64,000 bases of DNA, taken from Argopecten irradians. Taxonomy: Eukaryota. The stretch lies in NCBI RefSeq assembly GCF_041381155.1, contig NC_091142.1, forward strand, positions 29,819,528-29,883,527, in the 5' to 3' direction. Shown one piece after another: positions 12,377 to 24,997 of the stretch. A program made the translations under genes and the position numbers. The notes under the pieces were generated by a model. That model was given only the letters and a program-made list of their open reading frames with translations. It was not told where the DNA came from and made no database searches. Position 1 is the first letter of the stretch; every line of letters begins with the position of its first letter.

Positions 12377-15300
12377 ATGGAAACGCATGATCCTCCTGGT
12401 TTAACTGATGAGTCTGCCAAGTCAGATGTGGATATGGATCTAAAGCTGGATGAAGTAGATGGGTCACCTGTATCACACATGACAGATGAGGTATTGCAAC
12501 ATGTAAGCACTGTGACAGACCAATCACAATTGATAACAGAGAAGGGTGATGCTCCACCTGAACAGTTGTCGGTAGCAACGATACATCATCCAGACGAAAG
12601 TAATGAAGAAAATAGTAATGCGTCAAAACTAAATGAAGGCATTTTGATATCTGAAACAAGAAGTTTAGTAGAGAGTGAGGATAGTGAGAGAGTCCTTGTC
12701 ATTGACATTAATGACACCAATCTGTCAGTAGATGATGCAGAGAAGATAGAAAACGATGATCAAGAAAAGAATGGAATTCAAGAAACTGAAAGTGAGGAAC
12801 AATTTGAAATGATGGATGCTGAAGAACGTATTGAAGAAGATATGGATACCTGTGAAAATGAACAAGTAAAAGATGAGTCGAAGTCCGAACCAATCGTTGA
12901 AGTTGCAAGTAAAGATATTGGTTTGGATTATTTTGAAAGACTTGAAAACAGTTTGCGTGAGTTAGAGAAGCAAATGTCTAATTCTGGCAATTCATCAGAA
13001 TCAACTGACCATTTATCAACGGACAACCAACCTAATACAACAAATGAAAGTCTCTCGGTGCAGAATGGATTACAGAATACTGAGGAACCACCCATTACAG
13101 CTCCGAATTCAGATGAAAACAACTTATCGTCGGAAGTAGTGGACAGTTTAAATTCCAAAGATCTGGGATCCAGAGAGGCCACAGAGACAGGAGAGAATAA
13201 CGTTGAAAATACAACTAGTGTTGTATCTCATGATCTGGAAACGCAGAGTAGTAACATAGATAAAGTGGATAAAAAGCCCAACAACAAACCTGAGAGGAAC
13301 GCTACTGAAATGTGGTCAAATATAGGGATGATGCGTTGTTCAAAATGTTCATTTACAACTGATCAGGAAGCTATGTTGAACTCCCACGAAGTCATTTGCA
13401 GTAAACGTAAAGTTGTGAAAGTTATGAAAGGAGAAATTAATTTCAAATACAAGTCAGATCGCTATGGATGTGAAGCATGTCTTTATACAACAAAGAGTGC
13501 ACGGAACTTCGAGGAGCATATTGCTTTCCACTTGCTAGCGCAACCTTATATATGTTTGAAATGTGTTGCAACTTTTGAAAGCAAGTCTTCAATAGAAGCT
13601 CATGTCAGTAGTCTACATAATGGTGATAAAAAAGTGAAATGTGGCTTACGGGGATCGAAAAAAATCAATCACATAATTGAAACGCTACACAAAGATTCCA
13701 AGTATTCCTTGACGGGAAGATTGCTTGATAAGAAGATTTGGAACATGTCGATGGCATCTTCAGCAAAAGATCAAAATTCAAAAGGAAACTCTGGAAACGG
13801 TCAAAGCACATCTCCTCAGAAGAAACTTGAAAGACCTTCAATTATTCAACAGAAAAACTTTATGAAATCCAGTCCGTCGAAGAAAGATCCACTTGTATTA
13901 GAACCAGTAGACAAGACGGAAAAACCTGCCCCGGAAAAAATCCAAATCCATGGTAGTCCTAAATTGAGCTGTACCGTTACTTCTTCACTTCAACTCTCCA
14001 ATGTTCCTAATTCTACAGTGAACGTTTCCTCATTCATCCTTGTTCCAGTGACGATGGCACCAAAGCCCCCTCCTCCTGCCATCCAACCTGCTAAACCATT
14101 AGTTTCAATTTTAGGAAACTACACCCCGCCTATTAATAGACCTCAACAACCAATGATTGTGATGAACCAACATAATGTTGTACCACAGAAAACCCCACAG
14201 CAACAGATTATTGTTCTTCCGGCGTCTACCAGTACACCATCATCTCCGGTAATTCATCCTCAGAGTATTTTGAAAAGTCTTATTCCAACACCTACGACAG
14301 TGCAACAAAGCCTGGCAGCTCAACAACAAGTTGTTGTTTCTAGTACAATTTGCTCCCAAACTCGGCCATTACCATTGAACTCTGCTGCTAACAGTAGTGC
14401 GACAATACAAAATGTTCAGGCAGGAAAGATGATCACCTCTACCCAAAGCGAAGAATCAAAACAATCGAACGCAAATGAGAAATTGGGCTCAGTCATTGAC
14501 TTGACAGAGGGAATTTCAAAAAAGAGCTGCCGTATTTCCTTTCGCAAGGAAGGATCGTCTTATGTTTGTAAATACTGCAAGGTGAAAAATGAGACGGAAG
14601 ATGGTTTTAGTAGACACATTTGGAGGCATTTTCATGGACTGCCTCCGATTTGTAAAAAGTGTCCAAACAGCTATTCGTCTGGAGACTTTGCAAAGTGTGC
14701 TTTGGTTACTGAAGTCATGAAAAAGTTAGCAATCAGTGAAGTTGAAGATAAAAAATCAACCAATGTCATTGAAGTTGATTCTGATGACGACCCTGCTGAA
14801 GCTCAACAACTTACCAAGGACACTGATGTTCAAATGAAAGAAAATCCAAACAGCGAGGAAGATAGCTGTATGCAAATAAAGATAGCATCGACATATAGTC
14901 TTAGTGAGTCACCAAAACCGACGACAGAGAAGGACACCGATCCAACTGTGTCAGCTGATGAAGCAAAGGAAGAAAGAAATTCACCTCCAACGATGAAAAT
15001 TAAAGACTCTGGAAACATTTTTGAGAAATTACAAGGATCCATTAATGATGTTGTTGACAAAACGTACGATGGTAATGAAATCAGTAAATATAACCCAACC
15101 GTAACACTGAAAAAAAATGAAGAACCTTCTTCCAGCATTTTAAATAGCTGCATATCACCCACAGCTGTGACTGGTTCTAGTAGATCGGCAAGTCCAAAGG
15201 CAGTGATGACTAGCTCTAGAAGATCGGCAAGTCCAAAGGAATTAATGACTAGTTCTAGAAGATCGGCAAGTCCAAAGGAATTAATGACTAGTTCTAGAAG

Positions 15301-18300
15301 ATCGGCAAGTCCAAAGGAATTAATGACTAGTTCTAGAAGATCGGCAAGTCCAATGGAAGTGATGACTGGTTCTAGAAGATCGGCAAGTCCAAAGGAAGTG
15401 ATAACAGCCACACAATTCAACAAAGAAAATACTTCTTCAGAAAATCCAACCAAGGCAACAGCTGTTCAAAATATAACGTCGAAATTTCCTTCCAATGGAA
15501 GTTTCTATGTATGTGGCTTTACTGACTGCCGATTCGCATGCATTACATCTGGGGAATATAGGGAGCACTTGATGTGTTGGCACTCTGATGCTGATGAATA
15601 TAAATGTGCACACTGTGGACATGGTAGTCTGACGGAGGATTGCCATTTGCGACATATGCTAACTCACTCAAAAGCATCTTCATTCATTCTGTACACGTGC
15701 AGTTACCCAGCATGCCTCTACGGAACTAACGTAGTAGATTTATTTCGGGAGCACTGGAACAAGTTTCACCCAAATACAAGCAAATTCAAATGTCGATCAT
15801 GTCAGATGTTGTTTCCCACCGCCGAGGATCTCATTACTCACATACAGGCAAATATTCTGAAATTTGTTGCATGTCCGCACTGTACAGCAAAAGATAGCAA
15901 CAGGAAGACGATTATTGCACACATTATTGAGGCACATCCAGGAAAACCACGACAAATTACTGTTGCGAGCCAGCTGGTATGTCAAGAGAGAGACCATAAC
16001 GAATTTGCTGTGCCAGCTCCCGGGATTCCGGAAAAACCCGCTGATGTTACGCCATGGCCATCTGTGTATATGGACGACGCAAATGATGAAGATGATGGAT
16101 ATGCAGATTCTGTTGGTCAAAATAACTCTTGTGACGACACAGAGGCAGATGAAGAAGAACCTGTTCATCTTGCTCGACTGTCAGAAATGGCAAAAGCAAA
16201 AGGTTCTCTCACGAAACTTGCTGCAGAAGGTGATATGCGTGATGCAGTTAAAGTCATGGCAATAAACAAATCAAAGCTGAAGTCCCTTAGTGCCGAAATA
16301 ATTCGCTGTTCTGAGTGTTCTTATCTTGCTTCAGGAAGGGGACTACTGCGTAAGCACCAGCTTCTTCACAAAAGGGGTCAATATGAACGGAAACGACGTT
16401 TCTCTTGTCCTTGTTGTCCAGCAGCTATGGACAAACTCAGCAAGTTATCATGTCATATGAATCTACATGAAGGACAGCACAAGGTGAAGGTTTTCTTCTG
16501 TACTTTATGTACATTCAAAACAAACGTGACAGAATTTCTCGGTCATCACATGAGCAAAACCCACAACAGTGAGACCAATAAAGGGATTAACTACATTACT
16601 AAAGTACTGAAAGTATCTGTCTCTGCTTACTTTTGTGACAAATGTCTGTTTGGAACACGTGACCAGGAATTATTCAAGCAACATCAACTTGGGCATAATG
16701 ATGATAATGATGATGCAGCTACAGTAAGAGATCAACCATTTCCTTCAAGTTCTGTTCCAAAACCCCATACAAAGAAACCACAGACAGTTAGAAGTACATT
16801 CGGTGAAAATCTAAATGAAAAAGACTTAGCTTCAGTTAACCCCGGCTCGAAAAAGAGGTTCTGCTGTAAGCTTTGTGGTAAATACTGCTCTCGTCTACCA
16901 GCACTGAAAGGGCACATGGCATCGCATGTAGTTGATAAAGACCTGGATATCCTGGTATATAAATGTCACTACTGTGCGTATTCATCAACATACAAAGCAT
17001 TCGTGAGTAGGCATAGTGAGGAAAAGCACCCCGGGAAAATCATTCGCGTTAAACGCAGGGTTGATATCATTTCTGCGTCTGGGGTTTATCTTCCACCCCA
17101 TGGACAGGAATGGCCAGAGTCTCCAGAGGATATGGAGGAGAATGAGGACATTGAAATTAATGACATGTCAATCTGTTCCCATCATTGTGATATCTGCTCA
17201 TACAGTTGTGATGATGCAGCAGAATTGCTTCGTCATAAGAACTCCCAACATTCTTACCAAGGACCAAAGAAACCATTCGTTGTTCCTTCTGGGAATGTAT
17301 TTAAACCGCCAGTAGATTGTACCGAGTGCGCATTTACCACAATAAGAAGAATAGACCTACTTAGACATATCAAAACACACCCTAATCTGTCTCCATGCTA
17401 TGAAGCGCAACCGAAGGAGCAACGACAGCTATTGAAAGTTGCGATAGGAAAGAAAACATCTTCATCACAGTCTAATGAGTCACATTCACATTCACCGTCC
17501 CCGGACGGGGAAAGTGATTGCACACCCAGTCCTCAGATGGAAGACAGGAAACCATTATTAGCAGAAGATGGTAGTTTGATACAAGAGGAAGTGCAAAAGC
17601 CAAAAGAGAAAACACCGTTATACTTTCTTGGAGGAGATCTGCTTCATTTGAAATTGAGACCTTGTTTTATTCAAGAGGAAACAAATTCTGAATTTACATG
17701 CAAGCTGTGTCAAGACACATTTTCTGGTCGATATGTCCTGCACAAGCACATACTTCAACACATGGATGTTTCTTTTTACAAATGCGCCTACTGCAGTCAT
17801 GGTACATTGGAGTCTCCGTCGATGGTTGTCCACATACAGAAGATACATCGGAAACCCATACAACACGTTCAGATGGACGTCACGGACCTAGAAAGTAAAA
17901 TCAACAAAGCTATTCATAGCATAAAGGAGGAAGAATATTTCACCAGGATGCAAGATAGCGATAGTTGTCATGCCAACACAGATGGTAGAGATTGTGATAG
18001 TGGAGATGATTTTCAGCCCTCTGAAACTAATTACCGCTCCCCATTTAAAGCCAAAGTACCTCCTTTGACCATCAAAACATCGCCATCATATGATATCGTG
18101 AAGAAGAAATCATCTTCAACTGCTAAAAAGTCGACAACAAGCAAACCTAAACCTAGTTTTGTGAGCAAGCATCTGCAAAAATCGCCGGTGTATAATAAAT
18201 CACCTGTAGAAGATAACCCAAACATTCAAAAGATGGGAGATATTTACAAGTGTAAAATCTGCAGTTACACAAGCACATCACGGGCTACAGTGCTGAACCA

Positions 18301-20607
18301 TTTAACGATTCATTCAGGATTCCGAAGGTTTGGATGTCCATTTTGTCCATATCGATCTCACTGGAGACACGACTGCCTAAAACATATCCGAACTCATCAC
18401 CCAGGAAAACATGGTCAGCCAACAACAGATGATCCTCCGGATAATATTGACCCTCAACTGACCCTAAAACCAGATAAACATTCTACGAGCCCGGTAGCAC
18501 TAAAGGTTCCGAAAGTTCCCAAGCCATCACCGCAGGCAAAACAACCTTCAGCGACAGTGAGCCAACCGTCAGCCGAAGACACAGCAAACGCAGATACTCC
18601 AGAATATAGACATGTCTTCAAATGTCTTGTCTGTGATACCAAATTCAAAAGCATTTGGTCGATACAGAAACACTTCTCCAAAGAATGTTCGCAGCCGATG
18701 CTGGGTTGCTCCACCTGCAAGTTTAAAGATTTGGAACCAGGAGCTGTTAAGCTACATATAGAAACAAAACACCCGGGAAGTGAAACATCTAGAATTGTGA
18801 CATTGAAAAGGGAAGCCAAAATGAGGAAGTATACTATCCCAACGTTTAAAAAGCAAGATTCTAAAGAAAGTGTCGGAAGCACTGGTGGGAAAAGTGTGAA
18901 ATCGGATGCAGCTGACCAAGATCATGACTTGCCTCCAAAGGCAAATCTTACGCCAAACAACGAAAGCCAAATTTCAAAATTAAAATCGCCCATGTCGACA
19001 AGTACCAGCCTTTCGATTTTGATAAAACGAATAGGAAACCGCTACATGTGTAGGGAATGCGGATTCAGTAATCCTATAAAGCGAGCTCTTTTGCGACACG
19101 TAAAGAAGCATAGTAATGCCCGTCCGTTCGGGTGTACGTACTGTGAATATCGCTCAAATAATGAATGCAATACGAAAAGACATATGAGAAGACGACATAT
19201 TGGAAAACCGGTGATTGTGCGAAGGTTAGAACCTGCTCAATGGCATTCCCCGATTCCGAGTGTTCGCAAGCCAGCAATAGCTTCACCGACTTCGACACTA
19301 GATTCACCGGCGGATTCTAAAGACGGAGAAGATAATGTTTCAGAAGGAGGAAGCAGTTTGAATTCGGAGAATTCCGCAAAGGGGAAATCTCGTGTAGAAA
19401 TAAGATACTTCTGGAAATGTCTGGAATGTGGCAATAAGAGTAATTCCGTTTCAAACGCCTACAGGCATTTGAAAAAAGGAACTTGTACAAAAACCTTATA
19501 TGGATGTTCCGGATGTAAATTAAAAAACACCGACAAAAAAGCTGTTGAGTTTCACCTGACAGAAAAACATCTCAATAAGAACGTTCAGATTACAATATGT
19601 CCCAACTCCGCCAAGATAAGGAAATACCACATCCCGATCAAAGTAGGAGGTTATGTCCAAATGTCAAAGGAGGAGTTGTCTCAGCTTGATGATGATACCA
19701 GCACCAGTACAACAAGTATTCCAAAGAGTACCACGAAGACCCCCCCTCAGGACACTGAAGACGTTCCTAAACAGAACGGTGAGAAATCCCAGGTTGTCTT
19801 TTGTTCAACTTGCAATTTGAAAGCGTCCAACGCAAAAATATTCCAAAATCACATGGAATCGGAACACGCGGGGATGCTTATGGTTTGCAAACATTGTACA
19901 ATCTTTCGAACAGCCTACGTGTCAAAAATACAGCAGCACACGTGGGATAGTCATCTAGATATGCCGTTGAAATTTTACTTAAGGACCAAAAAAGGCGTGC
20001 CAGATGGTGAGAAAAGACCATCTGAAAGGTACACGTGTGCCAAATGTGATTACATTGGAAAGCGATCATCTGTCCGACAACATCTGTACTGTCATTTTGA
20101 TTATAAGCCATATAAATGTGGATATTGTGGATATCAAACAAAGAAAAACGACGGCGTGAAGCGACATATTGAAAAGCAGCACATTGGTAAACCTATTAAG
20201 GTTTTGTTCAAGAGAAACGCTGCACAAGAACAGGAAATCGAAATGCTATTGGATTCTCATTCGCCTGTAAAACTTTCCATACAGAAGTCACAAGCAGCAA
20301 GACTGGCAAAAGACTTTCCATTTTCATCATCGCCCGTCAAATTAAGCCCAGCTTCAGCTGCAGCACCGTCTCAAACATTCAAGAAGAATTACCCAACAAT
20401 GGCGAACATGAAAAATTCTGCAATTGAAGATTTTATTCCTAGCAAGATGTACAAGGCTTTCTACAATAATAAGGCCGGAAAGTCTGGATTCACTTGTCTT
20501 CTCTGTCCATACAATACGCTCATGCAGAATACAATGATTTCCCATGTTTATCATCATATGAACTCGATCTACAGGTGCCCCTACTGTTCTACACATGGCT
20601 ACCCAAG
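12377..20607 (+). CDS. Giant C2H2 zinc-finger protein, first coding exon (2743 codons plus 2 nt). More than 25 dispersed C2H2 fingers, an acidic N-terminus and a Pro/Gln-rich linker. The ATG has a good Kozak context (tggaATGg) and sits 11 nt after an acceptor (ttttgcag at 12359-12366).
   Basis: The ORF track gives a 2749-aa open frame. It has repeated C-x2-C-x12-H-x3-5-H units, many followed by HPGKP-like linkers. A consensus donor CCAAG|GTATGT sits at 20607/20608. An upstream polypyrimidine-AG implies a 5'UTR intron. Confidence 0.85.
15175..15408 (+). repeat. Six in-frame tandem 39-bp repeats inside the zinc-finger exon, encoding SSRRSASPKELMT six times.
   Basis: Near-identical 39-mers are directly visible (tctagaagatcggcaagtccaaaggaattaatgactagt). 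The antisense ORF 14830..15453, with its LADLLELVINSFG repeats, is the shadow of this. Confidence 0.9.
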
Positions 20608-21034
20608 GTATGTTTTTATTCTATAGTGTCAATTTCTTGCGAATTGCCCGCTCTGTTTGTTTGTCCGCACTGTTCAAAGTGTTCGTAGAAATTACAATAT
20701 GAGAAAGTATAAGTTAGGATTATTAACGAGTACTTCTGATCCGTCGGATACTTTCATACTGAATGAATTGGTAGAGCTATACAATTTAAGTATTATAATT
20801 TCTGGTGGATGTCATTTATATGACCGATATTCACAAGAAATAGAAATAAGCTTTCATTTCTTAGTGAAAAAATGAAAATATATTTGACTTCACAAAAAGT
20901 GGAGTTCGCAATACTAGTGTTCGTGGGTCAGATAGCCTGCAAAAGACTATTTACATTGGGTTTTGTTTTATACAGATGAATATTATTTTGATATTTTAGA
21001 TGTAAAAGTAATCAAAACCTCAATATTACAGGAG

Positions 21035-21225
21035 CAAGGTGACGACCCATATCAGGAAGCAACACCCAGGCAGACCAGTGTATGTGATAGACGAGAGGCA
21101 AAGTAAAGGGTTACCTACATCCACAGCTACATCCGATTCATCCGAGCCTGCAGAAAAACGAAGGAAGATAGATCAGTCTAGTGACAACGAGTTTGAAGTT
21201 GAGTCAAATTCAGGAAGCATCACAG
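21035..21225 (+). CDS. Same zinc-finger gene, coding exon 2 (191 nt). It completes the C2H2 finger split by the intron (…CPYCSTHGYPR|SKVTTHIRKQHPGRP…).
   Basis: The acceptor is ttacagGAG|CAAGG; the distal AG is needed to keep the frame and rebuild the finger. The donor is ATCACAG|GTATGT at 21225/21226. Confidence 0.75.
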
Positions 21226-21778
21226 GTATGTTGTATAATGTTTTGGGGTAATTGTGTTTATGAATTATTCTGTCGATAGGAAGTCTTCTCTAGTTGCATA
21301 TTGCAAGAGTTATCTGCCCTTACGGGTAGGTATTCATTGTGGCGTCATGTGCTTGCGAGCGTAACATCATACATTTCAGGGAAAACAAAGTGATATTCGC
21401 TCTCAAAATAATTATTTCACAATGGCTTTTTATTCACAAGGGAGGTAACTCTGTAATATAGAAAAACAGAACAAGTTACGAAATGTTGTCTCTTTTGTCA
21501 CGCGATTTTGAGTTCAGTAGGCTGAGTGGTTTTCCATTTACCGCTATTGTTACTATCACTGATCTTCGTTTTGAAGTTTATGTTCTTAGTTTTGATTCTA
21601 TGATCATTTGTGCATGGAGAGAAGGTGGTATATGGTCTTTTTAATATTGCCGGAGATCATTTAAATATGTACCATGAAGTACTTAACCATATGCTTGAGA
21701 TTGTGAAATATTGATTCATGCAATATTTAAAAAACGGTAATACTCTTTGATTAAATTAGTATGATTTTAATCTTACAG

Positions 21779-23004
21779 GAAGCATAAAGGAAGAGACGGG
21801 AATCGTCCAATATTCTTGCCACATATGCAGCTACTCAAGCCAGAGTCTGTATCATTATCGTCAGCATCTGGCAGTCCATGGTGGCTTCAAATGGTTAAGC
21901 GCGGGAACCCAGCTTGAATCTCGTCTGAAGTGTGGCTATTGCTCATACCTAGCCGCTGGTGACAAGGACTTCAACGCTCACATGGAGAAACACCTTGCGA
22001 CAAGACCGTTTAGTTGTCCATACTGTGACTTCTCACAGTACACACAGGGGAAAGTGAAAACCCATGTTGCCTATGCTCATCCGGATAAGCCAGTGGAAGT
22101 GTCCAGGGAATCTGGCAGTAGTTGTTTGATCGATGACACTTTACAATTAGATTCTGTGACACTCGTACAGTTGGATCCCAGGGTGAAGCTCGTTGACTTC
22201 TTAACACTTGGTCCGGCAGATTATGAGAAATTGTTGATTGAATCTAACATATCGGTGGTAGACCTGGATAACATTCCTGACGATCGGTTTTCTGTTGTGG
22301 CAAGCAATCTTGGTATAGCCTTGGATGACCAGTATGAAGTGAAGGAAGAGAACAAGAATAATGAGTATGGCGACCAATATGATGATTATGTCGTAAAAAA
22401 AGAACAACTTGAAGAAGATAAGCAAACACAGGAAGAAACAACAGGTGAGGAAATGGATATAAGTACAATGGTAACCTCCACAGACACTGATAATAACGAT
22501 CAAAATATCTCGAGTAATGCTGAGGCCACTGTTGATGATAACCAGGATAATGTGCGAGAAGAATTGGAACAGAATTACCAGCAAGAAACTTCAGAATCCA
22601 ATAAAGTAGATCATGCAAATGATTTAAGTGATGTCAGTGATGTCCCCTTATCACAAGGCGATGAATCGGAAGAGGTAGAAACTGCCGATGAGAGTTTGAT
22701 AGACATGGACTTTGAAAGTGTGAGCCAGGAATCAGCAGACGCCAAGTCACTACCAGACTCGAATGCTAATGAGAACATCACGCTCGAATCGGCATTAGAC
22801 ACAGAGGAGGAAGCTACTGTACAATACGCTTCAGCGATGGAGGAAGACGATGACGAATCAGAGGTACCAGCGAGACAATCGTCAGAGAAAACAGAAGAGG
22901 AAATGGATACCGCGGAAGAAGGAGGTGACCTCGATACCTCGCGAGCTTCTTACAGTGAGCCAGCATGGGAATCCCAAGGCTTTGAAGTTATCGATGAAGT
23001 GTAG
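21779..23004 (+). CDS. Same zinc-finger gene, terminal coding exon. It carries two or three more C2H2 fingers and then a long acidic (D/E/S-rich) tail, with a TAG stop at 23002-23004.
   Basis: The acceptor is tcttacag|GA at 21778. The frame continues from the phase-1 G of exon 2 and matches ORF 21982..23004. The total CDS of 8231+191+1226 = 9648 nt is divisible by 3. Confidence 0.75.
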
Positions 23005-24850
23005 CATTTATATTAGGATGATTTAAAAGGATGTTCATTACGTCTCACGGTGTCTTCAGTATTGTAAATAGGGAGAACTTCGTTTAAAATTAGCAATATG
23101 GTAATGAAATACAAATGGCGGACTCAATATGATATTTACTATGTGTGGATATCGGAGTACAGATACGCGCAGTGCATTTGTATGCATCAGATAATCAACA
23201 GCAGACTGCTGCGAGGATATGGATGGATATGTGTGTAAATACGTCGCTTTTTAACATATCGTAGCAATAACTGCAGCATTATCAAGTCTATCAAGACAAA
23301 TTTAAATCTCGCGAACAATTTCCATTGTGTACGTTTATCGGTGTTTGACACGAAAGTTCATACACAAAGAAATAATTTGATTCCTCTATCGCCATAGCTT
23401 TCACAATAGAATGATTTTGAATAGAGATCATATTATTATTAGATTAATTATTAATGAACTGTGACATCAGTGACATTCTGTTTCAATAGTCAATCATTGA
23501 GAAAATCATTTACATTTCAAACATGTGTATACTCGAGCGTCAGTATGTAATAATTTATGTGAGATTACTTCATATCTATCCTGTTTACTCTAGGCCAGTT
23601 TAAGTCAAAATCAAATGAACAAGAGTTATTGGGCATCTATTTTTTTTGTGAATGATGTTTTCGTACGCGTTGTGCGAGTCCATAAGCAATGCATTACACC
23701 AATATACTGGCGGGATGTGTTATGTGGAACCGGCGAACAAAGGACTTCCGAGGATGGTGACGGAATCATACATTTAATACATGTAGGGTAAAGTATTGAA
23801 GTGTTCATAAGATATACTTGCGCTTGTATTACAATTGTTACATGTAAATAGTGCTGCATCGGGACGTGAAAACAAAACTGTTTAAAAATATCTAGAATGT
23901 CCAGATATTGACGAAATAGGATGTTGGATGTAACGAACAATAATCCTATCAGCTGCTGCCTTTTCGTTATATTCATGTGATCTATGTGATAAGAATGAAT
24001 TATAGGCATTTTATTCATAGCTAATTTTATGAAGGAGCTATTCAGCTTAGTACTTTTATTAAACTACCACTTCTGTAGCAGATCATGAGGTTGTGTCAGT
24101 TTCAAATGTGTTTTCTTTGGATTTTCTCTGGAGATTATTTTAGCCAACAAAAAGAATTATCATGACAGTATATATCTCACTAATTTCATATGAAATATTT
24201 TTCAGTCCATTGTTACGCATAGTGCTTTAGTTTGTCCAATTGCCTGTGTATCTGGTAAACAGAAGTAGTGCCCTTGTCTACTTCAGCAACGACCAAAACT
24301 TATCCAAATATTTGAAGTATCTGTACCAAAATCTTACACATTGTATACTAGTATGCTAATGTTAAATATTTTTACGTAGTAGCGCTGCGTTTGCGTAATG
24401 TCGTTAAAAACAAGGAATTATTTGTGTGATTTCTGGTAAAAATTGATATTTTATTTTGTTTTTCATTTACTCGAACAGTCAGCTCTGTTTTGCTTTTTTC
24501 GCAGTATAAGGGCGTATTTTTATGAATGGTGCTATTTTCCAATGCTAAATAATTTCTCTACAAATTGTTTAGATTTTCTCCAGAAAGCGAAAACCATGAT
24601 ATATTTTAATGAATTTTAAAGGAAGTCAAAACTCTTTTGTCTGTTGGGTGAGGTCTTTTTATTTTAGCAAGATGATTTGAAGGGGGTACGAATTAGCCAT
24701 CAGTCTATGAAGGTAATACGTTCTCAAGGGACTGGTTATAATTATGCGATTAGCATCCGGTTGTATTCCAGTCTCATGCAGAAACATAACCTTCCAAGAC
24801 AATGCAAATCTAACGGTATCTAAAATAACCAGGGGTCATTTCAACATTTT

Positions 24851-24997
24851 TAGCTCGCCTATTCGAAGAATAGGGGGAGCTAATGTTGGCACCCCGGCGT
24901 CGGCGTCAGCGTTGGCGTCCCATTTCACGTTAAAGTTTTTGAGCAAGTTTCTGTTTCGTCAATTGTTTAAGCTTAACTTCTTCTGAATAGGCGAGCT
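24851..24997. mobile_element. 147-bp MITE with 13-20 bp TIR TAGCTCGCCTATTCGAAGAA / TTCTTCTGAATAGGCGAGCT.
   Basis: The inverted repeat is read directly. The interior is GC-rich (ccccggcgtcggcgtcagcgttggcgtcc). Confidence 0.6.

Noticed and set aside
12354-20596. Numerous 60-200 aa ORFs antisense to or overlapping the giant zinc-finger exon (for example 14830..15453, 15797..16168, 18454..18882)
   Set aside because: They are shadow ORFs of a long coding exon with no independent signals. The 207-aa one is just the reverse translation of the 39-bp repeat.
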